DNA of 63,971 nt, the filler included, from Octopus bimaculoides (lineage: Eukaryota): assembly GCF_001194135.2 (NCBI RefSeq). It is 5 parts of 5 records of this genome, joined end to end, with 100 filler letters (N's around TTAATTAATTAA, not from the genome) between each part and the next. Parts side by side here need not be neighbours in the genome. Positions count along the whole stretch, not along the records: positions 1 to 19,560 come from NC_068999.1; 4 more parts are not named here. One strand, given 5' to 3'. The translations under genes and the position numbers were made by a program. The number at the start of each line of letters is the position of its first letter. Within the stretch, counting starts at the first letter, position 1. Below are positions 1 through 15,106 of this stretch, piece by piece. The notes under the pieces were generated by a model. The model made no database searches. It saw only the letters and a program-made list of their open reading frames with translations, and was not told the origin of the DNA.

Positions 1-1110
1 ATATATATATATATATACATATATGTACACCCCCACACTCGTGTTTATGTTGTTTTTATCTGATTGCCTTTGAATGTGTCAGTTGAAATTACGTGTTGTA
101 GCTTCTTAGATATGTTTTAGAGGCATCATAACTAACTTGTATACGAATCTACAACAAATCAAATTTTACTAATTCATTGCAGAGAAATTTTATTAATTTC
201 GATATTTGATATATTAGTATTTCTATTTTATAGATAAATCGCCAGCTCAACCCCGTTAAATATTTGCTGACTCCATTCATATTGTAAGCTGCAATACTCA
301 TACTGACGTATAATGGGTATAATGGCTAATTGACCAGATATTGTTCTCAAAGACCAGTATAAAACATATACTTTCTAATCGACTCATATGTCACTAGAGA
401 TGGTAATCGGCCACATAATTAAATACGAAAATAGCAAAATGCAACCACTTGAAATTAATAGTGATCCGACAGTGGGTCGTGAAAACATAAACTATCCTTG
501 GAATAATATTTTGCTAAGGTAAAAAAAAAAATGCCGCATGATATACATTATCAATTGGTTGGAAAAACTGATACTGCGAATCACTAAACAAAACTGCACG
601 TGCTGCCTGAAAGCCGATGTCGGATTCGGATTCAGCACCATAAAAGTTAGTTAAATCAGCTGAAAAAGTTTAAATAGGATGAAAATCCTTTGTTGCCTAC
701 TGTAATTGACATTATAGTCCCAAATGAGAAAAAAAAAACAAGTTAAGCATGTGTCTTAGTGGCTGACGATATGTTTATACATTATCACGAGCAGAAATAT
801 TGGGGGACCATCATACACATGTGCTCAGAGGAAATCTGTGTGATTTTAATAATTCACCTCTGGAAACATGGGTGTTTTGCTAATCTTCCTAAACTTATTC
901 AGAGACCTGTTGCGGGAGGATGGGCTACTCGACACGAAGACAATTTTAACAGAGCTCCACTTGATTATCTTGATATGAGATCAACATGTCACGCACATAT
1001 GTTGTGATGCATGTGCATCGTGTACCTTTATCAGATTGGTAGTCATGGTGTGCATAGTGGGCTTCGTATATCTTACCCCCGTGTCACTTTGAGGGCATGT
1101 ACTGCTCCCT

Positions 1111-1161
1111 CATTCAACAACAACAACAGCAATAATAATAATAATAATAATAATAATAATT

Positions 1162-1220
<59 letters not shown>

Positions 1221-1258
1221 AATAATAATAATAATCATAATGATAATAATAATAATAA
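1111..1258. repeat. Compound trinucleotide microsatellite (AAC)n/(AAT)n/(GAT)n
   Basis: Direct reading; explains the poly-N/poly-D ORF 1011-1388. Confidence 0.95.
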
Positions 1259-2187
1259 AAACAGTCTTCCAATACGATTACAATACGTGTGTAAAATTAG
1301 TAGAAACAGTGTGACGCTGGATAGAATAGCAAATAAAATATTATGGAAAAAAACTTTAGTGATTCTGGTAGTAATTGGAGCATTTTGATGCTTAGCGTGA
1401 GGTTTCGAGGATTAAAATCCGAATTGATATAACGTTATAGCAGAAGACAGAATTTCTTGCAATGGCAAGGATTTCTAGAAAGTGTAATCCATGTAAGGTA
1501 CAGGAGGGGACACATAAAGGGATTCTTGTCAAGTTGTTATTGACTGATCCCTAACTGAAACTCCGGGCGGTTTTAAATTCCTGTATCTGAGATTTTAAAA
1601 ATGAATAAAAATAGCAATAATGCTCTTGTATATTATAACTTATGTTAGACTTATTGGTTACCGTGATCCAAAAACATAGCCAAAATTAAAGAATATATAT
1701 TGTGCTTATTGTTTGAATGAATTTAGGTTTCATTGAGAATCATAAGAACCGCTTTTAAACCGTTGAATTCTGTTCAAGTAAGGTATGCACTTCTATGCAA
1801 TGATAATATTTTCTAAAATATTTATGACATTAATGCGTCATTATATATATGTTCATTGCTTCATTGCAGATAATTCAAAATTCAATTTAAACAATAAGAC
1901 AGACATCCGTAATAAAAGTAACTCATTTTCGTAAATTTTCTATTTATAAAACACCTATTACAAGCAAATATTAAATAAATATTCCAAACGCTATAGTTAT
2001 TCCTACTAATAATATTAGTGATAATCTTACTAGCTTGTATATACCGCTTTGTCTAAATATTGTTTAAACGCCAATATATATTTTCATTAAAGTATTGACA
2101 ATATAGGTCTTCAGAAGTAACGGTTGAAATCATAATAATATAAATGACAATATCAAATTATTATGATCATCATGAAACGGTTGATAG

Positions 2188-2242
2188 CTTGAAAAAAGAC
2201 AGAGGTACGTCTTGAAAAAATACAGAGGTACGTCTTGAAAAA
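2188..2242 (+). repeat. 23-bp tandem repeat, about 2.4 units
   Basis: CTTGAAAAAA(G/T)ACAGAGGTACGT twice plus a partial third unit. Confidence 0.85.
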
Positions 2243-2696
2243 TTAGACATATAGTTGAAGCAATCATTTTTGAATGAATAAGCAATTATAGGTTGAATGC
2301 ACAAACATGTCACTGATACTTACACTTATATTTTAATTTATTTTAAGGGTCCTCATCTGTAATTTAAAGACGTTCATAGCTTATTACCGAATAATTAGCA
2401 AATACATAAACAATATTTACTATAACGTGCCAAATATCATAATTTGTTTACGGTGTTCAGACTCCATCTTCTTTTGCGTTCCCCTACATGTATCTAAAAA
2501 TGCATGAATATTAATAACAGATAATAAGGGAGTATGTATTACAGTCAGCATGTTCAGTTACGAGTATGTGTGGGTGTGTTTGTGAGTGTGTGTGCTTGTG
2601 CGTGTTTGTGTGTGAGTAAGAATGTATGTATGTATATATAATCATCATGAACATCATGTTTTTATGTTCGTCTTCAATGATGGTATGACGCACGTT

Positions 2697-2744
<48 letters not shown>

Positions 2745-5083
2745 CTGGGGCGAGCAACAAAGACTGATTCAACTTGGTTCTTACAGGGTTCCCTCCCTAA
2801 CCCCAACCAATTTACAGTGTAAATTAGTTGCTAATCATGTAGGTCTGTTTGTATGTGTAATGCATATGTATTCACACTGCACTATACGTTTATATATACG
2901 TGTGTTTTTGTGTGCGTCTCTGTGTGCTGTTGTTGTTGTTTGTGGTGTGTGTATGTTTGTATGGGTGTGTGTGTACCAAAATAGAAATAAAATGCCACGA
3001 AATAGTAGTAAAGATAGTATGATAGTAAAATATATGTGACCTGCTAAACATCGTGCTTACTATATAATGAGCCTGGATAATATTGATCATATTAATTTAC
3101 GACCACATAATGCATGTCTAAATTTATATACTGCTATAAATAAGGAGGGTAACGATATTTCAGAAACTTTGTTGTAGAAGTTCTCAGACAAATTAATCCC
3201 ATTTTAGTTCTTACGGTTATTGCACTGAAAAGCAAATTTGAGAATTTAGCCCCATGATAAAAAATTGTCTCATTTGGATCCATATATTCCCTGATGACGC
3301 ATGTGTCTTTTGCCAGAACTCCAACAGCTAAACATGAACTAGTTCATTTTTTTCTGCACGAAAATCTGACGTTGTAGGGAGTATTGATGTCTCATGAAAA
3401 TCTATGTTGGGCTTTCATCTGAGATTAGGAATTAAATAACGTTGATTTGTTTTCTAATTTGGATTTCATATTTAACATTGAATATGAAATTATGAGGAAT
3501 TGTGATGATAAAATGCGATTTAAAGCAATTGTAATATGATGTACGAATGAGAGAGGGCAACGAGTAATATGATATATATCCCTCTAAACATTTGGAAGTA
3601 TGAGAAAATACAGGCAGTTAAATACCGACTCAATTCACTCGAATTCATAGAAATTAATGCATATATTTCAGAAGGAAGTACTTTACTTTTAAACATATCG
3701 CGTAGCACAACAGACTTAGAACTTCAAACATACTACATTACAACTCTTTACAAACTGAAGTGGATCTATGACATATATATTATTACAATATTCACAAATG
3801 ATATCACAATGATATACTATACTATTATCATTGAATAAGGTTAAGCAATGTCATATGTGATGATTAAGGTATAGACGGTGTAACTATTTGTTTAACACTC
3901 AAGAAAGACGGCATATCAAAATGCACGTTGATAAACTAATTTAGAAATGATATTCCACAAACACACACTCACCCATACACATATATTCACGCACACACAT
4001 ACGTGCACGCACGCACTGACATACACACATACACACATATATACATATATGTATATGTATATAGATCNNNNNNNNNNNNNNNNNNNNNNNNNNNNNNNNN
4101 NNNNNNNNNNNNNNNNNNNNNNNNNNNNNNNNNNNNNNNNNNNNNNNNNNNNNNNNNNNNNNNNNNNNNNNNNNNNNNNNNNNNNNNNNNNNNNNNNNNN
4201 NNNNNNNNNNNNNNNNNNNNNNNNNNNNNNNNNNNNNNNNNNNNNNNNNNNNNNNNNNNNNNNNNNNNNNNNNNNNNNNNNNNNNNNNNNNNNNNNNNNN
4301 NNNNNNNNNNNNNNNNNNNNNNNNNNNNNNNNNNNNNNNNNNNNNNNNNNNNNNNNNNNNNNNCTGTCATACCGGCGATGACGAAGGGAAATAGCCCTGC
4401 AACTCGACTCGCATTTATATATTTATATTTATATTTATATATTTGATCCTTTATATTGAACACTCAATATTTCATCTACATTCAATACTTTATTTCATGG
4501 TGCCATCCATTTTTATCTTATTCTATCTTATATTATATATTGTGTATTATATTATATAATGTATATTCCATATTCTATACCCCATATTGGTTCTGCAGGA
4601 ATATAAATAAAACATAAAAAACAGATAGTGTTGGAACTCTTTTAAACAAAATAATATATTCCTCTATACACAATCATACAACCCCCCCCTTTTGTATTTA
4701 TGTATGTATGTTTGTATGTATACACAAAATATATAATTATATGTACAAACACGACCACACATATCTAAATATGTCTTCTATGTATTCTCTTCCACATCCA
4801 TTTTCTCTGTGGTCATATGTATCTGTGTAAAAATAATATAACTTTAGGAAGCGCTGTTTTTATAGGTATTCAGATGTATTTCGATGACAATGTGTGACTT
4901 CATATATATACATATATACTCACAAAACGAATATAAGAGCTTACAAACCCAACTTCATTTTCATAAATTACATCTGCACCATCCACGAGCCAAACATATC
5001 TTAGGCTTCAATTGGAAATGTTATATTTGTTGACAGTCCTGGTGAATCATAATTGCAGTTTGAGTATAGGAACTGGAAATCTT

Positions 5084-5117
<34 letters not shown>

Positions 5118-5141
5118 GCTGTGTGTGTGTGTGTGTCTGTG

Positions 5142-5172
<31 letters not shown>

Positions 5173-5227
5173 TTGTGTGCGTGGGTGTCTACATAGATAC
5201 AATAGATAGAGAGAAATAGAGATATAA

Positions 5228-5287
<60 letters not shown>

Positions 5288-6049
5288 TACTCGGGGTTTT
5301 TTTGCAACGTGTACGCAAAAAAAAATTAATAGACGCTCCGAAAGAAATTCTGAATATCCTTGGTCTAATACAAAGGTATTGATCATTGCACTTCACGGAA
5401 GCCCACTCCCAGTTGTAACTGGGTCATAGAGCTAGCCCTCTTGATGAGGTGTACTAAATAAACGCAGTTGTTTATGAAGCCGAAGTCACAACAGTACTCC
5501 TAGACTATATATTTTTTTCTAAATTTACATCGATTTATGTGAAGGCAAATTTAAAAGACGTTATGCAGACAATCGCTCTTTTTTATAACACATGAAAAAA
5601 AAGTACGGGTACTAGCTTAGCTAGCAATGAATGAGATCAGAAGGTGAAATGCACAGCATATGTAAGGAAGTGCAGAATAGTAGAGATATGTACGCCATAG
5701 ATATATTCATCAAAGAAAGACAAGCAATGCTTGCAAAAGAAGTTGTGTATAAAGCACAAGGATAAAAAATAATACGTAATGGAAATAGATTTCAAGAAAT
5801 TCACAAACACACAAAGGTAATTAAATAATAGTACGGATACAGAAGATATTTTTAAACATCTAAAATTATTAAAAACTCATTTCTGCGTATGAAATTAATA
5901 TATAAGGCAGTTCAGAAGTAAAAAGAAAAAAAAAAAAACCCGGAAAATTCTGTATAGAGCAGCAAAAAGAAATCGCTTTAAAGAACCAAAGAGCAATGAA
6001 GGTTTAAAACAAAAATGATGTAGAAATGCGCGAAGAAATTCCGTATAGA

Positions 6050-6790
6050 TACTAAATTTTGAATAGGTTATGCATATGAAATTGTCCGGCAGCTCATACG
6101 GTACCATGAAGCATGCCTACAAAACCGTAGTAGCTTCGTTCAGCGGTTAATATATCTCGCTCCTAGTAAACATAATCACCCTCTCGCTCTGAAACAATGG
6201 ACATCTTATGAAGTTTCTGTATGTTTCCTACTCGTATGGAGTACATTTTCTCCAATGTGGAACACTAATTTTCAGGTGCGGTGCATACTGCTTCCATGAA
6301 TTTCTATATGCATTTGGCCAGGCTCGTTGTTGATCTTTTGGATGCTTGAAAGTATACTTATGCGAATATAGCTTCGCTCTGAAGCAATCCAGTGGAACCT
6401 GTTCAAAACTTGTACCTACTGATGTTATCCAGCGGAATCCTAACATTATACACAATGCCGTTAATTACACAGTTCCCATCTAAAGGATTGCTGCCAGGAC
6501 TTTAGAGTTACATTTTGGATCAGCTTCTTTACTGTCACCGTTAGTTTTGTTAAGAACGGTTGTATTATGTAGGTTTATGAAAGAGGCGAACTGTTTGGAA
6601 AGAGAAGAGCTAACTTTTAGCGTTATTCTATGATATAAATATTATTTGATTGAGAAACCTCCATAACTAAACATATCAGCTCTTATATTTGAATTTATTA
6701 GACTTTTCCGTATTAGTTATTCACCTCTACTTATGTCAACATTTTCGATGTTACGAAATAATTTTCTTCTTTCTTTATTGATACCAATTT
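6050..6790 (-). mobile_element. Degraded Penelope-like element, RT-EN linker plus GIY-YIG endonuclease (Cys-motif type)
   Basis: Minus-strand peptides across frameshifts: RITLKVS, FINLHNTTVLNK, KCNSK..PLDGNCVINGIVYNV, YSHKYTFKHPK, TSLAK, LEKCTPY. The order matches PLE linker/EN motifs (NRNTVKISYSC, CNC..CPLxGxC, FKxRYxNH, TxLxKYIW). Confidence 0.65.
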
Positions 6791-6794
6791 GATA

Positions 6795-6837
<43 letters not shown>

Positions 6838-8320
6838 NNNNNNNNNNTTTACAAAGTCTGATTCTATTGTGTTCTTAGTTTTGATACATTTTTCTTACCG
6901 TTATATATTTCATTTGATCAAATTTGTATTTATTTGTGATTGTTATCTGTTGAAAAGTGGAAGTCGGCATTTATTCGTTTAGTGTGGTTTTATTTTACTT
7001 TCTCGTTTAATAGAATCTTTTAAACTTTAAGGCGAATAAATTGGAACCCTTATAGATACGTTGATCTAAATTAGATCATCTACAATTTTCTAATAAAATA
7101 TATTAAGCATAAGAATACACATAAAAATCACTATATACACAAATATTAACAGGTATATAAAGTAGAAATTCATATATATTCACACAAACTGCAATTTATA
7201 TATACTTTATATGTATAATTTATATTTTTATATATTATACTAAGTGTACTTCTGTGTATATTGACATGATTGGAGAAATACAGTGTAAAACATTTATATG
7301 GTTAAAAGTAGCATACATACTAAATACCTTTAGGAAAAATGGGTTCAAATATCATATGTTATATTTACTTACACTATGAAGAGTAATATACTTCTGCGGT
7401 AATCATACTTTATGTTTACATAACCAAGTTATCTAATTTTTGTTAATTCAATTAAGAAACTTAAATTTTGTGTTCCATTTTCAACCTCGTAATTATTCTC
7501 CTTCCTACCTATAATGCACAGATTGTCAGCGTATTTTACTCAAGATCAATATTAATGTTCGACATCCGGCGAGTTAGTAACACTGTTCAATTCCTCATAG
7601 ACTCGCTTCAAGGTTTATAAGTGAAAGAGAATATTCGATTTCAGAATATTTAACAAGTAATTTTCTGAATTATTCTTCGGACTTGATCAGTAGATATAGT
7701 ATTACAAAATATACATTACCTGAATACATGTCGATTCGAATGGTTTTTAAATTTAATCTAATTTACCAGATGCGCTTCATTTTCTAATCCAGCGGATTGC
7801 CGTTTTTATGTTATCTTTATAAGGCCGACTCGTATGCGGAAGAAATACATCTTCGATCTTCTCTGCGGCTCAATAACTGGAACTTATTGTCTGTTGAAAT
7901 TTAGACAGAATCCTTGCAGAAAATTTTACATTTAAGAAAAAAACCATGAAATGTCCATTAAATTCGACAGACTTTTACTGTGCTTAATTTCGAAAAACCT
8001 CCTCTGTCTGAAGGGAAGGCATGAAATCTTTCCTCCGAAGTACACAATGGTTCACTTGAACCCAATATCTTCACCGTGTACCAACAACACAAATTAGAAT
8101 TTCAGTAGTGAGAAGAAATTTTCTGGAAAATCTTTGCATTATTGAGAACTGCCTTTCACTGAACATTTTATTATGAGTATGATGAAGAGGAATACATTCA
8201 CATATAGTCATATTATATGAAAATCGATATTCTGTGTTCAGGAGATCGGTAATATTAAGAAAAGTCAATTCTAGAATTATATTTCAATAAAATAGAAAAA
8301 CCGACGTGCGTTAAGTGAAC

Positions 8321-8379
<59 letters not shown>

Positions 8380-8421
8380 GATGTATATGTGTGTGTGCCT
8401 CTGTGTGTGTATATGTGTGTG

Positions 8422-8458
<37 letters not shown>

Positions 8459-9071
8459 AAGTATGTGTAAAATTGAACGTTAATAAAATTGACAGACCAC
8501 TTTTATACTTTAGTATTTCTTAATTTTTGGCCTTAGTAGGTTTCATTAATTTTATGCAAAGATACTTTAACTTATTTCAGTTATAGCACTTATCGGTAAT
8601 TTTGTAATTGTTATTATACAAATTTCTCTACTTGCGATGTACATTTCTAATCTACTATACATTATATATCTAAAGTATAAGTTTTCTATATATCAAACAA
8701 GACAAACACAATATATAAGTATAACCTAAAAACAATATTCACTCTGATAGAGCGATTAGATGTATTAGAGCAGTTAACATTCCTGTATGCTTTTGAAAAT
8801 ATAGAATTGTTTGTTCAAGAAAAGTTTAAGCTATCGAGCATGGAATGGGAACTCATCAACATTATTAAAACAACACAACTTTTGAATATATGAAGCTTGT
8901 ATATCGAGATAATTTAAAGAGCCTGATAGAAATACTTGACGCAATCTACTTTAAAAAAAAATATTTTATTTTCAATTTGGAATCAACAACGAGCGTTTGT
9001 ATATTCTAATCAGCATATATAAGATGATAAAAAACTTCGTATAAAATGTGTTTAGATGGCATGGCGGATGA

Positions 9072-9104
<33 letters not shown>

Positions 9105-9590
9105 GTCTGTGTGTGTGTGTGTGAGTTTGTTTGTCTGCATGTATGTATGTGTGTAAGTGTGTCTGTGTTTGTGTTCGTGTGCCTGTGTGCGTGCAACCTA
9201 CAATTTGCTAAATATTGTATTATATCTACATATGAATTAAAAATATATTATGACCTTTCATACTGCCGGGTATCTTATAATTGAAAAATCTATGAATGTT
9301 AGAAACCTAAATCAATGTGTATCATATTGTTTGGAAATATATTTTAATCTAAAATATTTTAAATATTATCGTAAAATAATGACGTCATATCTTGTTAGTA
9401 TGCATTGGATATAATTATATACATTGAGAATCGTAGAAAGTTTTCCGTATTCACCCTGATGTTCAATAACTTTTTACCTCATCGTCTTCCATTCCATCTT
9501 CATTCTATTTTTAACCCTGTCAATGCTTCCATTTTGGCTGCTTCTGGTGCTGGTGCTAATATTAATTCTAATACTACCCATATATACATA

Positions 9591-9646
<56 letters not shown>

Positions 9647-11689
9647 CAGACACACAGTAAATTATACACACGAACACAAACACACACACACTCACAAGCA
9701 CAGATAGGCAGACGCACGCACACATATCTTATTAATCATATTATTATATTTGGCCGTCCATTTATCTTCATTCGCCAACATCGATTCATGTTATTTACAT
9801 ATATATAAATATCACATATTACTAACCGCATACTTAAACGCATGTAAAAATAAGCTTACACAGAAAAAAGAAGTAGAACATTCTTTCTATATTTCTCTCT
9901 CATTGTCTTTTTCTATCATTCACTCTTATTTACTTCACTCGGAAGCGAATCCAATCAGACGAGAAGATTCCATTAGAATATTTGAATACTATATGTATTT
10001 AGAATATACATTGTTTTCATGATTGAGACAGATTAGGTCAGAGGTTTCAAATGAAACCTCAAACAAGCCACAAAACATTCATCAATCAAACATCTCTGAA
10101 GAGTTTTCATATCTACCCTGTCCATGTTGGATTGTTGGTGTGATGGGGGTGATCGAAAAGTTTTCTAGTTAATTCCCAGTAGAATATAAAGATTGATTTC
10201 AAAGGAAAAATTTGAATAATTTAAAGACGAAAAAATTGGCAACCAATTTAAGATTGATTTGCATTTAATTTGAATTATTTAAAGAAATATTTTCGTGGAG
10301 CAATATGATAGGCATTTGTGATTATAATTGTGACCCCTATATCTATTTTATAGCTAGATGTTTCTTCTAAACAAATGATAGGAAATGAAGGGTGTTAAAA
10401 AACAGGAATTAAAGAAATCGCAGATAAAACGAAAAATATGGGTATAAATGAGAATACGCTGATAGATGATACAGTTATTTTAAATCACTATGAATATTAC
10501 TCATATATACATATTAATATACACACACACACATAAATACGTACGTACATATACATACATGTATACTCATACATTTATCCATATATAAGCATGTATATGT
10601 TTACTTGTATGTATATATATATATATAATATATATACATATATATTCATATATATGTGTGTGTGTATGTGTGTGTGTGTGTGCACATGTATAATTATATC
10701 CACGTACACTTTGAGGTGAGGCTTGTAAATACGGTTTCTATTTTAACTTGTCTGAGTGTATATGAGCAACCGGTTTCAGATTCAAAATACAACTGAATAT
10801 TTTAAATCTCTCAAAATAGATAGAAATAACGCATGTGTCTTCAAATATTGCGAATGAAATACTCTTTATTTATAAAACCAGAAGTTTCGGTCCATCATAA
10901 GAATAATACTTCTATAATATTGTTATAACATATACAACGAACAGTGTCATCTGCAGTGGATACTTGACGACAAACTTATATGCAAATAATACTGTACGAA
11001 AAGTTGTTTGGTATATTTCAGAGAACATCGACATAAAATTCTTTGGTATACACGTGAGATGTTCTGAGAATGCAAAATAAAGTTGTTTTAATGTTCATCC
11101 ATACTTCTATGGTGGAAACATTCTATACACAATCCAGTTGACCTACGTTTGATCCTGGTGCAAGCTATATCGATGGCAATCACGTGACGTAAGAAATCAG
11201 TTTGAGAATGTAAACTTTTGAGGGGTGTTTTAGAGAGGAAGCAACCGCCAATGTATTCATCATGCCCCCATTAAAAATTACATAAAAAAATACCTGTTTT
11301 CATAACTTAAAAGAAACAACAGTTAGTTTTGACAAACCACCTGTCTCCGAATATTTCGTTAAACATTTGAAGATTTAGACTATTTTCTCACAGGTAGAAC
11401 ATATCAACAATGATGTTTTTTCATGTGAATGATTAGAGACAAATTAGACAGGCGGCGATTACAATTTTATATAAGCGACTTAATATTTCTGAAACAAATA
11501 GCCTATTATGTTTGTGTAGCTAATTTATCTTTTAGAAGCAGCATAATCTAATTTCGGTAACTGAATACAATTTCAGGATATATTAAGAAAAATTAAGGAG
11601 GAAGTCATACTAGTATACTTTCTCTCAAGGTGAAATCATACACACAATGACAAGACTTCCTAGAAATATTAAGCAGATACAAAAGAAAA

Positions 11690-11815
11690 CAGGTTCGAAA
11701 TTTCCCCCAGGGTTGGGGGATATATCAGCCGAAACGTTGTGTTAACAACAAAGATGAGGACATGTAAATATTGTAAATAATGTACATAATTCCACATCTC
11801 TTAAATACAGAAGTG
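11690..11815 (+). mobile_element. HHR-bearing SINE, 3' part only (copy 1; 5' half of ribozyme core deleted)
   Basis: GGTTCGAAATTTCCC..TATATCAGCCGAAACGTTGTGTTAACAACAAAGATGAGGAC..AATGTACATAATTCCACATCTCTTAAATACAGAA matches copies at 15569 and 18340. Confidence 0.8.
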
Positions 11816-14800
11816 AAAATAAATCTCATCCCCAAATTTCCAAACAAATTTTATGTCTCTATTTGGTAATGCGCTCCTTGATAATCTAAGGAATTGACAA
11901 ATTTACAAGTTATCTTCTGTAAAAAGAATGGTTATGTATCCCAATATATCCTGTGATCTATGACAGTATATTTACCTAACATTATTTGGTTTCACATAAT
12001 TCACATGACAAAAGGTACAAAAATGGGATGACTAACCTGTTATTTTTGACAGATGTAGCGTTTGGGCGCAAGCTACTTCAATATTTTGAGATATTTTGTG
12101 TAGTACGTGTGACTGTATCGGGGAACATACATTTGAGAATATTTGTTGATTAGTTGTTCCAATATTTTGTGATCCTTGAAATTTGTTAAGGTATGGACTT
12201 GAGATGTTTGTAGTCAGTCATGTGTGTATTATGAGAACGCTCCCGTTTTTAATAGTGCACTTAGCTACTGCTGTTATCTCTGGGAATACGAACTTTTACT
12301 CGCTTGTGTGATATACAGTAAACATTGTGACCAGGTAGATATTGTAGTTGATAACAAGAGACGGATGAAATGAATTTATTTGTTCTTTAGGCGATGAGGT
12401 AATTGGTGCCTAGTGCAAAATCACCATATGCCAAACAAGCGCTGTTAAGTTTAACGAAGTTGTTACGAAAATTCAGTTATTACCACATGAGGAATTGAAA
12501 TAGTTTAGTAATATATCAATAGTATCATTATTTCTGCCTTGTGATGGTAGTGTCACTGAAGCTATGTCATTGACACTACTGCGATGTCTGTTAAAAATAT
12601 AAAAAGTGCCGATACTGATATGTCTCATTTTAAGGTTTGAATCGTCTTACAACTGACATTATAGCGACTCAGTAAGCCCACTCCCCAAAATAATGGTAAC
12701 AATGAAAAGAAGTAGGGAAACTGTTACCAGTCTCAAAGCATTCCAGTATATATTTTCCTTACGGAATTTTCAATAAAAACTCGGTATTAGAATAGTTGAC
12801 TGTAGGACAGAATGTTTATAGTACTTTTAGTTTTAACAATTATTCGAGATCAAAGATATCGAGGCAATATACAAATAATTTTTGCACTTAATGGATATAA
12901 TAAACTATGGAATGAGCATAACATGTTCACGTAATCCTTCCATGCAAAGTGAAGATTCGGTACAAGATATAGCAGTAAATGGTGAGTGGAAACTCAACCG
13001 TGGGGCAACAACTAAACAAAATAAATAAATAAAATATATAACACCGTACCTGTTTATAACCTAACGTTGGACTCAATGATGAAGTAATTATTTTCACACT
13101 GAACTCACACGTACGTGTGTGTGTGTGTGTGTGTGTGTTGTGCTCGTATACACATATATATGTATCGCTTAAGTATTGAGAGACCAATAAAGAGATGATA
13201 GAACTCAATATATGTAGGTTTAACAACGAAGTGTTGGCTGAGTATAGAGCGGTAATAAGAGAGGTGGCAAATAATAAATGATTATTTCACATAATAATTT
13301 ATTCCTGGCATCTCTCTTTCTTACACACTCACACACACACACACACATACACACACACAGACACACATACACACACACACACACACGCGCATACACACAC
13401 GCACATAAAACACACACATACATACACGCACACTCATTCACACATATGTTTCCATGTACGTATCTCTGTAGATATGAACGTATATATTACAAATATATAT
13501 GTTAGGGATTTGAACAAGCCTTTATTGACGTAAAGTTAATGCAGCGGTATTTATTTCATTCATCTGAAAATACAGCATTTTGACGTACGGCATTCTCATC
13601 AGATAATTGCAACAACGTGACACTGTATAATGCTCGTCACTGTCTCTTGCAAACTCTGAAATATCACCGCTTCACTTCAGAATCAATAAATAAGCCAGTT
13701 CAGGAAAGTACTTCAAGCAATTTTATGCAAGTGTAATGAAAGCCTATGGAAATTTACTGCAGAATCCTTCACTTCGGTTGAAATTATTTTTGATTTTTTT
13801 CTCCCTCTTAATATCATAAGAATGATGGCAATATCAGAAAGAGTTTATTGATTTCTTCTACCTCATATTATTTTAGCCAAATGATTAGATCGTTTAGGGG
13901 AGATATTAACCTCATGAACCTTTAAATATTTGTTGTCTTAATCAAAGTTTATCAAATTTGAATTCAGAAACGCCAGGTTGCATTTAGTTTGTTGCACGGC
14001 TGGCGTTAACAAGCCGGGCTGTAGGCGGAATCGACATAAAAGGCACATATTTCAGTATTTTAGGGAATCAATCAACACCTAAAAATTAGTTTTGATCACA
14101 TAACGCCCGAAAATATAATGTTGTGTATTACATTATCAAACAGACGCGATCGACCGAAAGGATAATTTCCTATATTTTTCCATAATGTCAAAAGGATCAA
14201 ATAAAAAGAGGTAAAATTTACGAATACCAAACAGTAAGGGCATCAAATTGCTTAAATTTGTTTCACTGTTTTAATTAAATTTTTTTTTTGAAATTTATTA
14301 TGTTTTTCAACTGTTACTGGATATCTTCACCCGAAAAAACATGATCAAATATTTTCAATCTTCTGCAAAGTTAATATTTGATAGAATTTGCATGTGTTTG
14401 TTGCGCGGTTGCTTTTCAATTTTGCTTTCGTTTCAAAGTTAATTGCACTTGTTGTCTTGAATAAATTTTTAATTTCTTTACACTCTTCTTTTAGTGCAAG
14501 TTGCGGGAAATAATACAGGCTAAAATATTTTATGATCTGCTGAATCTGGGTTTCCCTTTAAATAATCAAGGGCATAAATGTAGCTGTGTTTTTTAAGGAT
14601 GTGGAATTGTAAACGTCTTGTGTGCAATGTCTAAGGCACCATAATTGTAAATTAGATGAAGGAAATGGCATTCGTCTTCCTATGGTGCTGACTTGTTGCG
14701 TTCGCGGTTATGGTATCTGTCATTTCAATTTACCAGTAGACCTAGGTGCAATCATGCTCAAAAATATAGGAATAAGTTACTAGTGCAAGGATGAAGTGTA

Positions 14801-15067
14801 AGCTAAAATACCACAATTTATCAGATTTTAATAAACATAATCATGGGAAAATTCGCCACAGTCCAATATGAATAGAACATTTATGAATGAATACACACAC
14901 TCTCTCTCTCACACACACACACGTACGAACCCTCCCCATATATATATATATGTGTGTGTCATAAACGTCATTTCAGCTAAGCATGACCGGATATCGTATT
15001 TTAACTGAATGTTCTAGTTACGCTTCGACTTAGGAAATATGGGAACTGCTAATTAAGGCGTGTATGT

Positions 15068-15106
<39 letters not shown>

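Noticed and set aside
3130-3460. Possible degraded PLE RT motifs on the minus strand (similar hint at 12000-12450)
   Set aside because: Similarity too weak to support by eye.
3947-4463. Long ORFs containing X runs (also 15030, 17341, 22777, 30726, 40707, 51708)
   Set aside because: Open only because N has no stop codon.
5430-5495. CTTGATGA..GCCGAAGTC hammerhead-like text
   Set aside because: Core is altered and no consistent stems I or III were found.
14470-14600. Strong acceptor TTTCTTTACACTCTTCTTTTAG with a short open frame
   Set aside because: The peptide is unrecognisable and no matching donor or partner exon was found.
14631-14650. miR-124-like (TAAGGCAC) and bantam-like (TGAGATCATT, 40681) seeds
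   Set aside because: The match stops after the seed and no precursor hairpin was seen.
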